Part shown: positions 12,448 to 23,543 of the stretch, in pieces | Layout of the letters: each line of letters begins with the position of its first letter | How positions within the stretch are numbered: the stretch's first letter is position 1 | Origin: Fonticula alba ATCC 38817 | Lineage: Eukaryota > Protista > Nucleariida | Length of the DNA: 51,717 bases | NCBI GenBank assembly: GCA_000388065.2 | Contig: KB932211.1 | Direction: 5' to 3' (one strand) | Position numbers and translations under genes: made by a program | Notes under the pieces: model-generated | What the model saw: only the letters and a program-made list of their open reading frames with translations | Databases searched by the model: none | Told to the model about the DNA's origin: nothing

Positions 12448-12529
12448 CATCACCGGCAGGATTTGAACCTACGCGGGCAGAGCCCATCCGATTTCTAATC
12501 GGACTCCTTAACCACTCGGACACGGTGAT
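12448..12529 (-). tRNA. tRNA-Ser(AGA)
   Basis: 82 nt; anticodon arm TCCGA-TTAGAAA-TCGGA, long variable arm GGGCTCTGCCC, T-arm GTAGG-TTCAAAT-CCTGC, G73; T5 terminator downstream (12434-12438). Confidence 0.95.
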
Positions 12530-13001
12530 CTGGGAGGCCCCCCCCTCCGTGGGCTTAAATATGACGGAGAGCACGGTTCCCCCCGAGCGTGACCACCTGC
12601 TCACGCCCGGCCGCGAGATCAGACGGCGGCCCGTTCGCTGTGGCAGAGTCCACACGCCGGGAATGAGGCACACAGCCCGAGAGATCCGCACCGCGGAAAG
12701 GGGCCCCCGAAAGAAGCGCGGCTGCTTTTCTTCACGGCGCCTTTGGCGCATACCTAGGCCCCCGGGGCGGGGTGGCTCCCGGGGGTCTGGCCGCAAATCC
12801 GGCAGCGACGCGCGACCCGAAATGTTGCCGCGCACGCACGCACGCACGCATGCACGCACGTAGCCCTTGGAGCGACCTGCCGGCGGCCAGCCGGGCGAGG
12901 CATGGGGGCCGGCCTGATGCCGATGCGTGACGACCGACCGCCATGGGCCGGGGGAATTGTGGTCACATTTATGTCATTCTGGAGTGTGTCCCTCCATGAC
13001 C

Positions 13002-13075
13002 GGCCCCATAGCTCAGTTGGTTAGAGCGTCGTGCTAATAACGCGAAGGTCGTCAGTTCGATCCTGGCTGGGGCCA
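13002..13075 (+). tRNA. tRNA-Ile(AAT)
   Basis: GGCCCCATAGCTCAGTTGGTTAGAGCGTCGTGCTAATAACGCGAAGGTCGTCAGTTCGATCCTGGCTGGGGCCA, 74 nt, typical eukaryotic Ile-IAU; T4 at 13083-13086. Confidence 0.97.
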
Positions 13076-13155
13076 TCTTCCCTTTTGGCGCCCCGGCGGC
13101 GGGCCGTCTCCCGCGCCTCCCGTGTGTCTAGTCGGGGGATGGTTGGGATACGTGG

Positions 13156-13187
<32 letters not shown>

Positions 13188-13305
13188 CTCTCTCTCTCTC
13201 CCCCGCGCGCGAGACCGGGGTCCGAGTCCCGATGTGGGAATGTCTTCTTTTGTCGGCCGTGCCTCGCCTCCCTCGCGCTCCCCGCCAGATGCAAAAAAGA
13301 ATGGA

Positions 13306-13377
13306 TAGCGACTGGTGGTTTCGATCCACCGACCTTTGGGTTATGAGCCCAACACGCTTCCCCTGCGCCAAGTCGCT
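13306..13377 (-). tRNA. Initiator tRNA-Met(CAT)
   Basis: A1:U72 pair, three G:C pairs in the anticodon stem (TTGGG/CCCAA) and T-loop ATCGAAA (A54/A60), all eukaryotic initiator hallmarks; T6 terminator at 13293-13298. Confidence 0.97.
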
Positions 13378-13620
13378 TTGAGCAGGGACCCGGATCTCTG
13401 TCACATATGCCTGGCGCGCGCGCGCGCAGGGCTGCCGATGGGCGCCAGACATGGTGGCGCTTTGGCGCCTGCACCCAACATGGGTATGGTGTCATGACCA
13501 TCAGCGGCACCCTGATCTATATCAGCGCCTGCAGGTGGCGGTATTTGCATGCGCGACCGTGGGCGTCTACCTGCCGTTGAATGTGCTTGTGCGGGGGATT
13601 GTGTGCTTGAATGTAGTTGC

Positions 13621-13823
13621 GTGCATCTGTGTGCATCTGTGTGCATCTGTGTGCATCTGTGTGCGTCTGTGTGCGTCTGTGTGCGTCTGTGTGCGTCTGT
13701 GTGCGTCTGTGTGCGTCTGTGTGCAGCCATATGCAGCCATGTGCAGCCATGTGCAGCCATGTGCAGCCATGTGCAGCCATGTGCAGCCGCGGGTACTTGT
13801 GCAGCCGCGGGCACTTGTGCATC
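13621..13823 (+). repeat. 10-bp-unit minisatellite with ordered variant blocks
   Basis: 4x GTGCATCTGT, 6x GTGCGTCTGT, 6x (G/A)TGCAGCCAT, then 2x 18-bp GTGCAGCCGCGGG(T/C)ACTT. Confidence 0.95.
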
Positions 13824-13955
13824 GGTGTCCATCCGCGCGCCCATGCATGCATGGATGATGGGCATCGCCCTAGCTCAGACACACGGAGGAAGCCACTTGG
13901 GACGACAGCCGGCGCGGGGGGACCCGGCTCGCGCCCCGCAGCCGAGCCGCACTTC

Positions 13956-13998
<43 letters not shown>

Positions 13999-14127
13999 AC
14001 GCACGTAGGGCATGCTCAGAGGAAGACGTGTATTGCCGGGCCGCAGGACGCAGACACCGGGGAGAGTGAAAGAAAAAAGAAAAAGAAAAAGAACCCCCAC
14101 CACACGGCGGAGGGCGCGCGCGCGCGC

Positions 14128-14947
14128 TCACTTGCGCTGGCGCCCAGACCGGGCCGGGCCGCGCACGAACGCCCAGTCGGCCGTCACCTCGACCTCGAGG
14201 ACCAGCTCGCGCGGCTCGTCCGACGTGCCGTTCAGCACGGCGATGGCCGTCTTGGCCGCCTCGAAGTCCTTGTACTGCACGAAGGCATAGCCCTTGGCCA
14301 GCCCGGTGCGGAAGCACAGCGGCACGCTGATATTCAGCACCTGGCCAAACTGCGCCACCACTGGCCGCAGGTCGGTCGTCTGCGTCTCCTCGTGGATGTT
14401 GGTGAGGATGATCGTGTAGCCCTCGGTGCCTGGAGGGGCGCGGGCGGAGAGTCAGTCACCGGGGCGGCGGGCGTGATCGAGCAGGGCCCAAAGGCGCGTG
14501 TGTGTGTGCGCGCGCGCGTACTCTTGGCCGGCGCACTGGCCGAGTCCGGGGTGTCCTCCTCGATGTGGTCGAAGTCCCCGTCGAGGGTGGACTTGGCTAT
14601 GCGCACGACGGGGACGCGGTCAGGGCAGGGGGCAGAGAGGGAAGGGGGGGGGGGGGCACGGTCAGCACGGGGGAGGCATGGTCAGGGCGCGGGCAGCACA
14701 GCGACAGGCCACGAGGCGCCGCACGCGGCCAAGGCGCACAGTTGTTGTTGAAGCCCCTTCCACGACGGACGACCGAGTGGAGCTTGGCAGGCTGCTCGCC
14801 GGCCGTCTGGTCGACCGTCACTGCATGCGGGCCGGCAGGGGGTGTTTTTGAGGGAGCGGGGCAAGGTCAGCGGACGGGCCGGGCGAAGTGCCCAGGCAGC
14901 TGTGGACAGGGGAGGGGCGCACTCGAATCGTTGTCCGGGGAAATCAT
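14128..14947 (-). CDS. RBM8A: RNA-binding protein Y14 / RBM8A (exon junction complex core, RRM), 160 aa
   Basis: Exons (minus) 14947-14923, 14820-14740, 14596-14522 and 14429-14128 (483 nt, phases consistent). Motifs: KLHSVVRRGRGF, KSTEGYTIILTNIHEE, RTGLAKGYAFVQY (RNP1), DWAFVRGP. Confidence 0.9.
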
Positions 14948-15275
14948 GGCACAGGGGATGGCGCTCCTACTCTCTCAGGCGCAGATCGCAGCAGGGGGGG
15001 GGGGAGGAAAATGGAGGAAAGGAGGAAGCGAGGAATGGGCGGGGCGGCAAGGGAGGGGAACTAGCTGCATGCCGCCGCACGCACCCCCCGGCCCCGGGCG
15101 GCACCGGCCGAAAAAGGCCCGCACAGGGCGCGCAGGACGAGCGAAGTGCCTACGCACTTGCCGGAGCATCACGTCCACCGGGCACGTGCGGTGCACCGGC
15201 ACCTGCCGCCCGGGGCGCCGGGCTTTTGGCGCGCCGCCGTGTCCGGCCGAGGCCGGGCGAAGGCGCAAGCGCGCT

Positions 15276-15310
<35 letters not shown>

Positions 15311-15477
15311 TTCCCCCCTCCCCCTCCCTCCCCCCTCCCCCCACCCCCTCCTCCCACCCCCCCTCCCCTCGCCCACCCTCCCCCCCCCCCCCCCGCCCCT
15401 CTCGTCTGCCCCGCCCTCCTTTCCTGCTCCCTTCCCCTGCTCCCTGCTCCCCGACCCCAGAGCGCACGCTATCCACC
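14948..15477. promoter_or_regulatory. Putative bidirectional promoter shared by Y14 and Snapin
   Basis: Head-to-head start codons are 530 bp apart; contains a long C-rich tract (15277-15400). Confidence 0.5.
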
Positions 15478-16295
15478 ATGTCCGCCCCCGAGCCCACCGC
15501 CAACACCGAGCCGCTGCAGCTGGCCGGCGCCGACGTCGGGATCCCCGAGCCGACGGAGATCGACGTGCCCCCGGTTCCCACTCGGCTGGAGATCGAGGGC
15601 CTGGTCGTGGAGGCCTTCGCCTCCGGGTTGACCAACACCCTGATGCCGACCATCCAGTCGCTGGACTCCAGTGTCCTGCAGGCGCGCGAGTGTCAGGTTC
15701 GCCTGCTGACGCAGGTGGATCGTCTGTCCGGTGGTGCGTCTGCCCTTCTCTCCTCCTCTCTCCCTCTGTCTGTGCGATTGCGTCTACAAGGCTGTTTGTG
15801 TGTGTGCATGCATGTACATGCGCGTCTGTTGATGCACGCGTGTACTCGCCCCGTATGCTCCCTAAGTGCTCACCTCCTTCGCCCCTCGCCCTCTGTTGGC
15901 CCACGGGCCCCCCGTCTGGCCGCCATGGGCCCTGTGCCCGCGATGCAAACACCCTGCACGACGATCGGTCTCCCGGTCGCCGGCGACACGCGGCCGGGCG
16001 CGCGCTCGCGCGTACGCACAGAGCTCCACCGCTTCGTCAACCAGTCCTCGACGCCGATCCTGGACAAGCATGTCGCGCGACTCCTCTCCTTGAAGAAGCG
16101 CATCGAGGTGCGTCCCGCCACATGCCTCGCCCGGCCTGCGTCCCGGTCCCCCTCCTGTGGTCTGACTCGCCCTCCCCCCTCCCCCCCAAAACGGCCGGCC
16201 CCTCCCCGGCGAAGGCTGTCAACCGGTCGCTCGCCGGCACGCGCCAGGTCGTCGACCGGATGATGGCCCAGGTCAATGCCCCGCAGCGGCCCTAG
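15478..16295 (+). CDS. SNAPIN: Snapin (BLOC-1/BORC subunit), 140 aa
   Basis: Exons 15478-15733, 16022-16107 and 16215-16295. FASGLTNTLMPTIQSLDSSVLQARECQVRLLTQVDRL...ELHRF...LDKHVARLLSLKKRIEAVNRSL matches remembered Snapin FAEGLLEFLRPAVQQLDSHVHAVRESQVELREQIDNL...LDPYVKKLLNARRRVVLVNNIL. Confidence 0.88.
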
Positions 16296-17410
16296 GAGGC
16301 TCCCGCGGATGTCGCGACGCATACAGCACCCCGCCCGATGTGTCTTTTGCCGCCCGGTGCTGCCCCCCCCCCCTCTTCCGCGATCCCCCGCCCCTTTGCC
16401 TGGTCGCGCCAAAATACGAAACCCGAGACAACCCGCGTATCATCCTTGCGCGCCCATTTGTTGCTGTGTTTTCTTTTTTATTCTTGATTTTCCCCGCCCG
16501 CCGGCGGTCAGCCGGTCATACGCCTTCCCCGCCTGTTGGTGCCCCCTCCGATCGTTCCTTCCTGGGGGGGGGGGGGGGGAGCGTCGGTGCGGTTGATTGG
16601 CACCTGCGCCGTCGTGGAACGTGCGCCGCCTTCGTGGCTGGGGGGCCCTTTTCCATTTATCCGCTCGCCCTTTGCCTCTTTCTCTGCCCCGGGCCCCGGG
16701 GGACGCCGCTCTCGCTCGGCGGCACAAGGCAGGCAAAAAAAAAAAACAGGGCGCGCCCTCCGCCGGCCCTGCCGGCAAGCAGGCACCTGCCCGAAGCGGG
16801 GATTAACTAAACGGGCTCGGTTAAGCCCCCCTGCCGCCCTGTGTTCGTCTGTGTGCGGTGACCAGGGGGGAGGGGGCTCGGATGCCGGGGCGCCGGGTCA
16901 GCCGTCGGGAGAGGCGACCCCGCCCGCACCTGCGCGCGCGCGCGCACACACACAACACACTCATGCGCGCTTGCGCGCACATCCGTAATCACATACCTGC
17001 CTTTGGAGCGGCGAGGCGGCCCGGCGAGGCTCCAACGCAGTCACGCACGCCGTCCGGGGGCGGCAGCCCTCGCTCCCCCGCCGTGTGTCTTGGCGCCCGG
17101 GGGGGGGGGGGGGGGGGGCGGAACAGATTGGGCCCTTGTCTCTCTCCCTCTCACGGCTGGGCTCGGTTCGCGCGTCATGGGGAGGGGTCCCGCGCGTCGT
17201 CCGGCGCCCCGTCCCCATAGAACTGCTCCCCGTGTCCTTTTGCGCGCGCCCCCTCCCGTTCCCTGTTCCCTCCCCCTCCCCTCCCCCTCCCCGCCTCTTC
17301 CCTCCTCCCCTCCTCGCCCCTTCCCCCTTCCCTGAGCACGCACGCACGCACGCACGCACACGCGGACCCCTGCCCCTCCTCGCTTGCCCGCCCGCCCGCC
17401 TGCCCGCTTC

Positions 17411-19706
17411 ATGTCCACCGAGCGCCATGATCCGCCGGCCGGCCCCCCGGCGCCAGCCCCCGCCGGCGGCGGGCGCCCAGACCACGCGGACCAAATCAAG
17501 CGGTACTTCGCGAATCGATCGTTCCAGGTGCCGGACATCCGGTACCGCGCGGTGAACCCGGGCAACCCGGCCGGCGGGCGGCTGTTCTTCCGCATGACCT
17601 CCATGGCCAGCCACGGGCAGTTCCACGGCGTCAGCATCATGTCCCGGCTGTCGGTGGGGATCAGCGACTTCTCGGCCAAGGCGGTCCCGGCGCCCTCGCT
17701 GGAGCCCCTCCCCCCGGCCAGCGGGGACCTTGCGTACGTCGGCCATGGCNNNNNNNNNNNNNNNNNNNNNNNNNNNNNNNNNNNNNNNNNNNNNNNNNNN
17801 NNNNNCCGCCACGTCCGCCCTGGCAGGGGCTGACCGCGTCCATGCACTGACGTCCTTCCCTTCGGGCCCAGTGTGCCGGAGGCCTTCCCGGAGGACGGGC
17901 CCGAGGTGGCGGACACCGGGCGCTACCGGTCCGGCTCGATTGTCCCCCTGGGCCCGTCCGACCACATGCCCAACTTCACGATCATCGCGCCGGAGCCGGT
18001 CGCCGCGTCGGACCGGGCGTCGATCTCCTCGGGCTCGTCGTCGGATTCCGGCATCCTGGTGGCCCCGGCGGACGCCGAGTCGACCGGCCCCGTGCCGGCC
18101 TCGGCGGTGTCCTCCTCCTCGCTGCTGAATCTGGGCGGCATCGTGCCGGCGGTCCTGTCGGCCGGGCGCTTCCTCGCTGGGGACTTGGCCTCCAGCGACA
18201 ATGGCGGCGGCGGCGGCGGCGGCGGCGGGGGCAGCGGCGCGGGCCCGGCGGCCGGCGGCCCGGTCGCAGCCCCGCGCTTCCCGCTGCCGATCGACGACCA
18301 GGTCCCGGTCTTCACCCGGGCCGACTTCACCATCTACATGAGCCAGACGCTGGTGGATCCGGCCCAGCGGGAGGCGTGGTTCGAGCACCGGCGCAGCCTG
18401 GCCACCGGGTCGCTGCGGACCGGCATCAGCTCCAGCCGGCAGGCCTTTGTCGGCATGAACTTCGAGAATTGCTTCTTCCTGCTGGACCCGCTCCTGCCGG
18501 AGGAGGACATCCAGGTGCGTGGGTGTGGCGCACATGTGCCGGGGCGTGGGCCGGGTGCTCGCCGGCGGCCGACTCACACTGACCTGTTGCTGGGGCCCTG
18601 CTGACCGGCTGGCTGGCTGGCGGGCGGGCTCTTGCAGAACCACCTTGCGCGCGTGGTCTTCCACACGGCGGTCCCCCGGTGCCATGCCTTCAAGCAGCCG
18701 TCCGCCTTCCGGGTGGACACGCCTCCCCGGCTGCCGGTGCTGATTGGCACTTCCATCGGCGATCTGCTGTTCATCGACTTCTTCCAGCTGGCCGCCGGCA
18801 CCAGCCAGGGGATCTGGCTGCAGCGGCCGCTGGCCCTCGGCAACCCGGTGACCGCGGTGGCCTGGTACCCGCCGTCGGCGGCGTCGCTCCCCTCGGAGCC
18901 GGCCCGGCGGACGGCCCACTCGGCGCGCAACACCCCGACCGAGACGACGCAATTTGTGGCCGGCTTCCTGGACGGGTCGCTGGTGGTGATGGACATCCTC
19001 CGGAACACGCTCATCCCGCCGACGCTGACGACGCACGACCGGAAGGAGTGCGTCCGGGGCCGGCGGCCATCTTTCCGAGCCGCCCCCCTCCCCTCTTCCG
19101 GGCTTTTCTCCCCCGCCCCGCCCCGCCCCGCCCCGCCCCGCTCGCCTTACGGCGGCCCCCCGTGCCTGACACTCGCCTGTGCCCCTCCCCCGCCACTCTC
19201 CCGGTGTCCCCTTGCCACGTGTAGCATGGTCGTGTACCACTATTCGCTGCGCAACAGCGGCGCGGCCTCATTGCATCACGACCCGGTCAACCCGCTGGCC
19301 CTGGTGAAGCTGGTCAATGGCAGCGCCATCACGGCCCTGGCCTTTCGGCCGCAGCCGCCGGCCAGCCTGCCGTCGTTGTACGCGACGTCGGACTCCGGCG
19401 CCGAGACCACCCTCCCCACCGGAGCCCCGGACAGGTCGCGCGAGCGGACCCACCTGACCCTGGCCGCGGCGACCGAGAGCGGCCGGGTGTGGCTCCTGTC
19501 CATGAGCGACCTGCGCCTGGCCCCGCGCATCAGCCATGTCAGCCAGAACCATGTGAAGACGTACTTCGGCACGGCGCAGTGCATTGCCTGGTCCACGGAT
19601 GGGCACCTGCTGGCGGTGCGTCTTGCTGCGGCGGGTCTTGCCCTGTTCTTTTCCCTTTCTCTCTCTCTCTCTCTGGCCCACTCGGCCTGGCCCACTCGGC
19701 CTGGCT

Positions 19707-19739
<33 letters not shown>

Positions 19740-20819
19740 GCTTGGAGCCTGTCCCTTGGGTGTGGTTGGCTGTTGCCCGGGGCGCGGTGGCCCGGCCTCT
19801 GTCTTTTCCGGTCTCCACCGTTGGGTCTTTCGCGTCTCCCTTTTTGTTTTGCTCACCTCCCTGCCCGGTCGGTTCTTCTCGGGCTCTGCTCGATGCCGCT
19901 CGCTCTTTCTTGGCTCTCTTCCGACTCTCTTTCGACTCTCCCCCACCCCCCCCCCCACCCGGCCCCCGGCCCCCGCTGCTCTCTCCGGCAGATTGGCGGT
20001 GATGACGACCTGATCAGCATTTTCAGCGTGCCGGAAACCCCGCGGCCGAAGCAGCCGCCGCGCCTGGCCCTGCGGCTGGCCGGGCACGCATCGCGCCTGT
20101 CGGCCCTGTCCTTCGAGCCGCTGCCCCTGTTCTTGGGCCGGAGCGCCTCGACCGGGGAGCACGAGGCAGCCGGCGGCCGCCTCACCCCGGCCTACTGCGC
20201 ATCCACATACCGACTGTGGAGCACGGCCGAAGACAGCATGCTCATGACCTGGGACATCCCGGTGAAGCTGCTTCTGCCGCCGGCCCCGGCGCCGATGCCG
20301 GCCGTGCCTGCGAAGCCGGCGCGCGTGCGTTCTTTGACCTCCCGCGCCCCCCTGCATTGCGGTGGCCCGGGCGTTTGACTCACGCATCCATCTGCCCCCC
20401 CCCCCCCCCCCCCCTTTCCCGCTTCTTCCGCGCACCGGCTTTGCCCGACAGCCGACCCCCGCCCCCGCTCCCGCCCAGCAGACCTGGGTCCAGGACCATT
20501 CGGCCATCGAGCTGAACACCTACACCAAGCATGAGGCCCTGGCGCCGGGCTGGGAGGTCCGGCGATTTTACAGCCCGCTGCTGGACTCGCGCCAGCCATC
20601 CCCGGCGGCGCCCCGGCCGGCGGACACCAGCTGGCGCAGCGTGCCCCGGCTGAGCCCGCAAAGTGTGCGTCCTTAGCCCGCCGGGTCCTTCCGCTTTCCG
20701 ACAGGGTGCAGGGTCGTGCCGGTGTCTGCCGGTGTCTGCCGGGACCGTATGGGCGCCATCCAGTGTGTCTGACGTGTCGGCCATACTGTCCCTCTCTTCG
20801 TCCCCCTGCGTCCTCTTTG

Positions 20820-20854
<35 letters not shown>

Positions 20855-21425
20855 ACTCACTCACTTATTCCTTATCTCCCCATCCCCCCATCTCTCTCTC
20901 TCTATTGCTCTGATACACGCGATTTGCCCCTCTTACCCCCCCCCCCCCCCATCCCCCCCCCCACAACCCCCCAATACCCAAATACCCCCCCCCCCCCCCC
21001 CCCCCCCACACAAACCCTCAAAACCCAAAAAAACCCCCCTTTCCCCCCCCCCCCCCCCCCCCCCCGGCGGACATATGCGCGCGCAACAGGTCGTCACCCT
21101 ATCCACCCCGCTGACCGGGCTGGCCCTGATCCCCTGCCTCCTGGAGCACCTCCTCCTGCCGGGGATAAGCCCCGACTCGGAGCTCTGCCGGACGCTGGTC
21201 ATCTCGTCGAACCCCTGCCAGGCGGACATCTCGGATGCCCCGCTCGGGGTGTACCGGTACTCGGAAACCGGCCAGCTCCCGGCGAATCTCGGCCCGCCGG
21301 GCATGCTGGTCATGACCTGCTCCATTCTCTCCTTCACGCACACCTGGGTGGCGGCACCGATTCTGAAGCCGGCCGCCCGGCCGGTTGCCTCGCCGCCGGG
21401 TGGCCCGCCCGGCCGCGACTCCTGA
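17411..21425 (+). CDS. WDR20: WD40-repeat protein of the WDR20/DMWD/CreC family (USP12/46-type deubiquitinase cofactor), ~872 aa
   Basis: Exons 17411-17733, 17872-18514, 18638-19047, 19225-19615, 19992-20324, 20482(or 20479)-20664 and 21090-21425. Family-like motifs: NPLALVKL, KTYFGTAQCIAWSTDGHLLAIGGDDDLISIF, GHASRLSALSFEP, YRLWSTAEDSMLMTWD, VPRLS. Confidence 0.85.
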
Positions 21426-21668
21426 CACCAGCCCCCGCCGGTGGCGTCACGCGCATCCACATGCGCACACAAACACAAGCACACATGCCCCATTGGGGGG
21501 TTTCCCTTTGCCAATACACTCTCAAGCAGGCGAGGTGTATTTTCCCGGCCCGGTCTCCCTGCCTCGGCTTTCGGGAGGGAGGGAGAGAGAGAGAGAGAGA
21601 CAAAAAAAGAGAGGGAGAGGGCGGGGCGCGCGCGCGCGGCAAACGGAGCAGGGCCCCTCCGCGTCCTG

Positions 21669-22812
21669 CTAGTCCCGGGGCGCCGGGATGCCGCACTCGG
21701 CCCCCTTGTGCCGGGTCCAGTCCTGGAGCTGGCACTCGCGCGAGCAGTAGTACACTCGCCGGCAGCGGGAGCACCGGGCCAGGTCGCGCAGGTGGCGGAC
21801 GCCACGCGCGGCCGTCAAGCACCGGGCCTCCATGCGGTCCAGGGCGTCGGAAAACCACTCGAGCACCTGGTCGGCCGGGGCGGCGCCGGCCGCGAAGTCC
21901 GCCCGGCCGGCGGCCTGGCGACACACCTCGAGGGCGTGGTCGGCGGCGGCGGCCACCGCCGCGGCGAAGGCCTCGGCGTCCAGGCCGGCCGAGGGGACCG
22001 GCGCGCCGGTGACCCGGGCCACCTGCCGGGCCAGGTCCTCCTCGGAGGGGGCGTCCCCCGGGGCCGGGGCATGCTCCCCGCCGGGCCCGGGGATCCGGTC
22101 CAGCCAGTGGCTCATGTTCGGCTCGAGGAGGCCCTTCCAGACGGCGCGCGCGGCCTCGGTGGCCAGGCGCTCGAGCGCCACGGCGGCCTGGTCCCGGTGC
22201 TCGGCCATCGACCGGTCCAGGAACAGCCGACTGGCCTGGGCCACCGGCGAGAGGTCGGCCTCGTCGGCCGGCCGGGCCAGCGGCAGGCCACGCGGGCAGG
22301 CGGCCCGCTGGCAGCGGAGCCACGGCCGGGGGGTCCCCTCCGGGTGGGACTCCGTCGGCCAGAAGGCAAGCGGCGAGCGGCCCGACCCGGAGGCCGCGGC
22401 CACCGGGGCCCCGTCGTCCGTGGCATCGGCCGGCTCGAAGCGCCGGACGGCCAGGCCGGCGCGCGCCGCATGCTCCAGCTCCGCCGCATCGAAGTACAGC
22501 CGGCTGTCGAAGAGCCCGCGCAGGTGGGCATTCTGCCGGATCCAGGCCGTGTGGCGGAAGACCGCCACGATGTGGGCCTCGCCCGGGTCGGCGGCCCCGG
22601 CCTCCCGGGTCGAGTCCACGGCGTACAGCACGCACAGGGCCGGGTCCGCCTCCTGGCGAAGCTTGAACAGGGCGTGCGCCACGCCGGACAGCAGTGCATC
22701 GAGCGTGGCGTCGGACGGGTGCTGGGACCCGGGCCCGGCGGCCAGCCACGCGCGTCGGGCATACTCGCGCCACTCGGCGCGCAGGGCCCCATGCAGGCGG
22801 TTGGCATAGGCG

Positions 22813-22843
<31 letters not shown>

Positions 22844-23543
22844 GGGTGGCGGGGGGGTCCGCCTGGCCGGGGGGGGCGGCCGGCTCGTCGCCCTGGTCCG
22901 GGCCCGGGGCCGACAGGCGGTCGAGCTCGGCCACGCGCGCCAGCACGGCCACCAGGCGCGCCAGGGCCTCCTGCGCGGCGGCCGCCCCGCCGAAGGGGGC
23001 ATTCACCACGACGATGTGCACGGTGTCCAGGCGCCCGGCGGTGGCCCCCTCGGCGCGGCCCTCGAACAGCAGCGACTGGCCGATGGCCGCGCGCAGGCCG
23101 GCCCGCTGGGCCGCGCGCGAGGCCCTCCCGAAGAGGGTCTCCTGCGACGGGGCGTCCGGCACATGGGTCACATGGATGCCGCCGGCCGGCCAGGCGAACC
23201 GGCACAGGCGCAGGGTGTCCAGCGCGCGGAAGGACCAGCCCGTGGGCCGGGGGGCCAGGTCGGCCCCGGCCGGCCGGGCGGCCGTGCTGAACCGGTGAAT
23301 CAGCGGCATGCCTTGGAAGGTGTCGTTGGCCGTGGGGCCGGGCTTGCCGAAGGCCGGGCAGTCGGGCGATGGCCCGGCCGCCGAGGCGGCCCACTCCAGC
23401 AGGTGCTTGCGTGTCAGGGCCGGCGTCGAGTCGAACAGGCGCTCCACGTGCGCCGTGCTGAGAGTCGAGTAGCGGAAGATGCGCCCGCCGGTGGCCGGCG
23501 GGGCTGGCTCGGCCGGGGCGTCTGGTGGCGAGTGCGTGGCCAT
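21669..23543 (-). CDS. Intronless 624-aa protein with a C-terminal MYND-type zinc finger
   Basis: Single ORF from the ATG at 23543; C-terminal LARCSRCRRVYYCSRECQLQDWTRHKGAEC is a canonical MYND core. The N-terminal region is not recognised. Confidence 0.85.

Noticed and set aside
13071-13075. Apparent encoded CCA at the end of tRNA-Ile
   Set aside because: These bases are acceptor-stem C71/C72 plus discriminator A73, not a CCA tail.
13621-13823. Tandem arrays as possible CRISPR or telomeric repeats
   Set aside because: No unique spacers, no cas genes, eukaryotic context, internal location and heterogeneous units.
9949-19224. Several stop-free introns of 3n length (141, 288, 177 nt; also 90 nt at 34920)
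   Set aside because: About one third of gap-free introns are 3n, as expected by chance, and stop-free sequence is common at this GC content.
22985-23030. DTVHIVVVNAPFGG in the MYND protein resembling the methyltransferase motif IV NPPF
   Set aside because: The first Pro is missing and no SAM-binding motif I was found upstream; too weak without a profile search.
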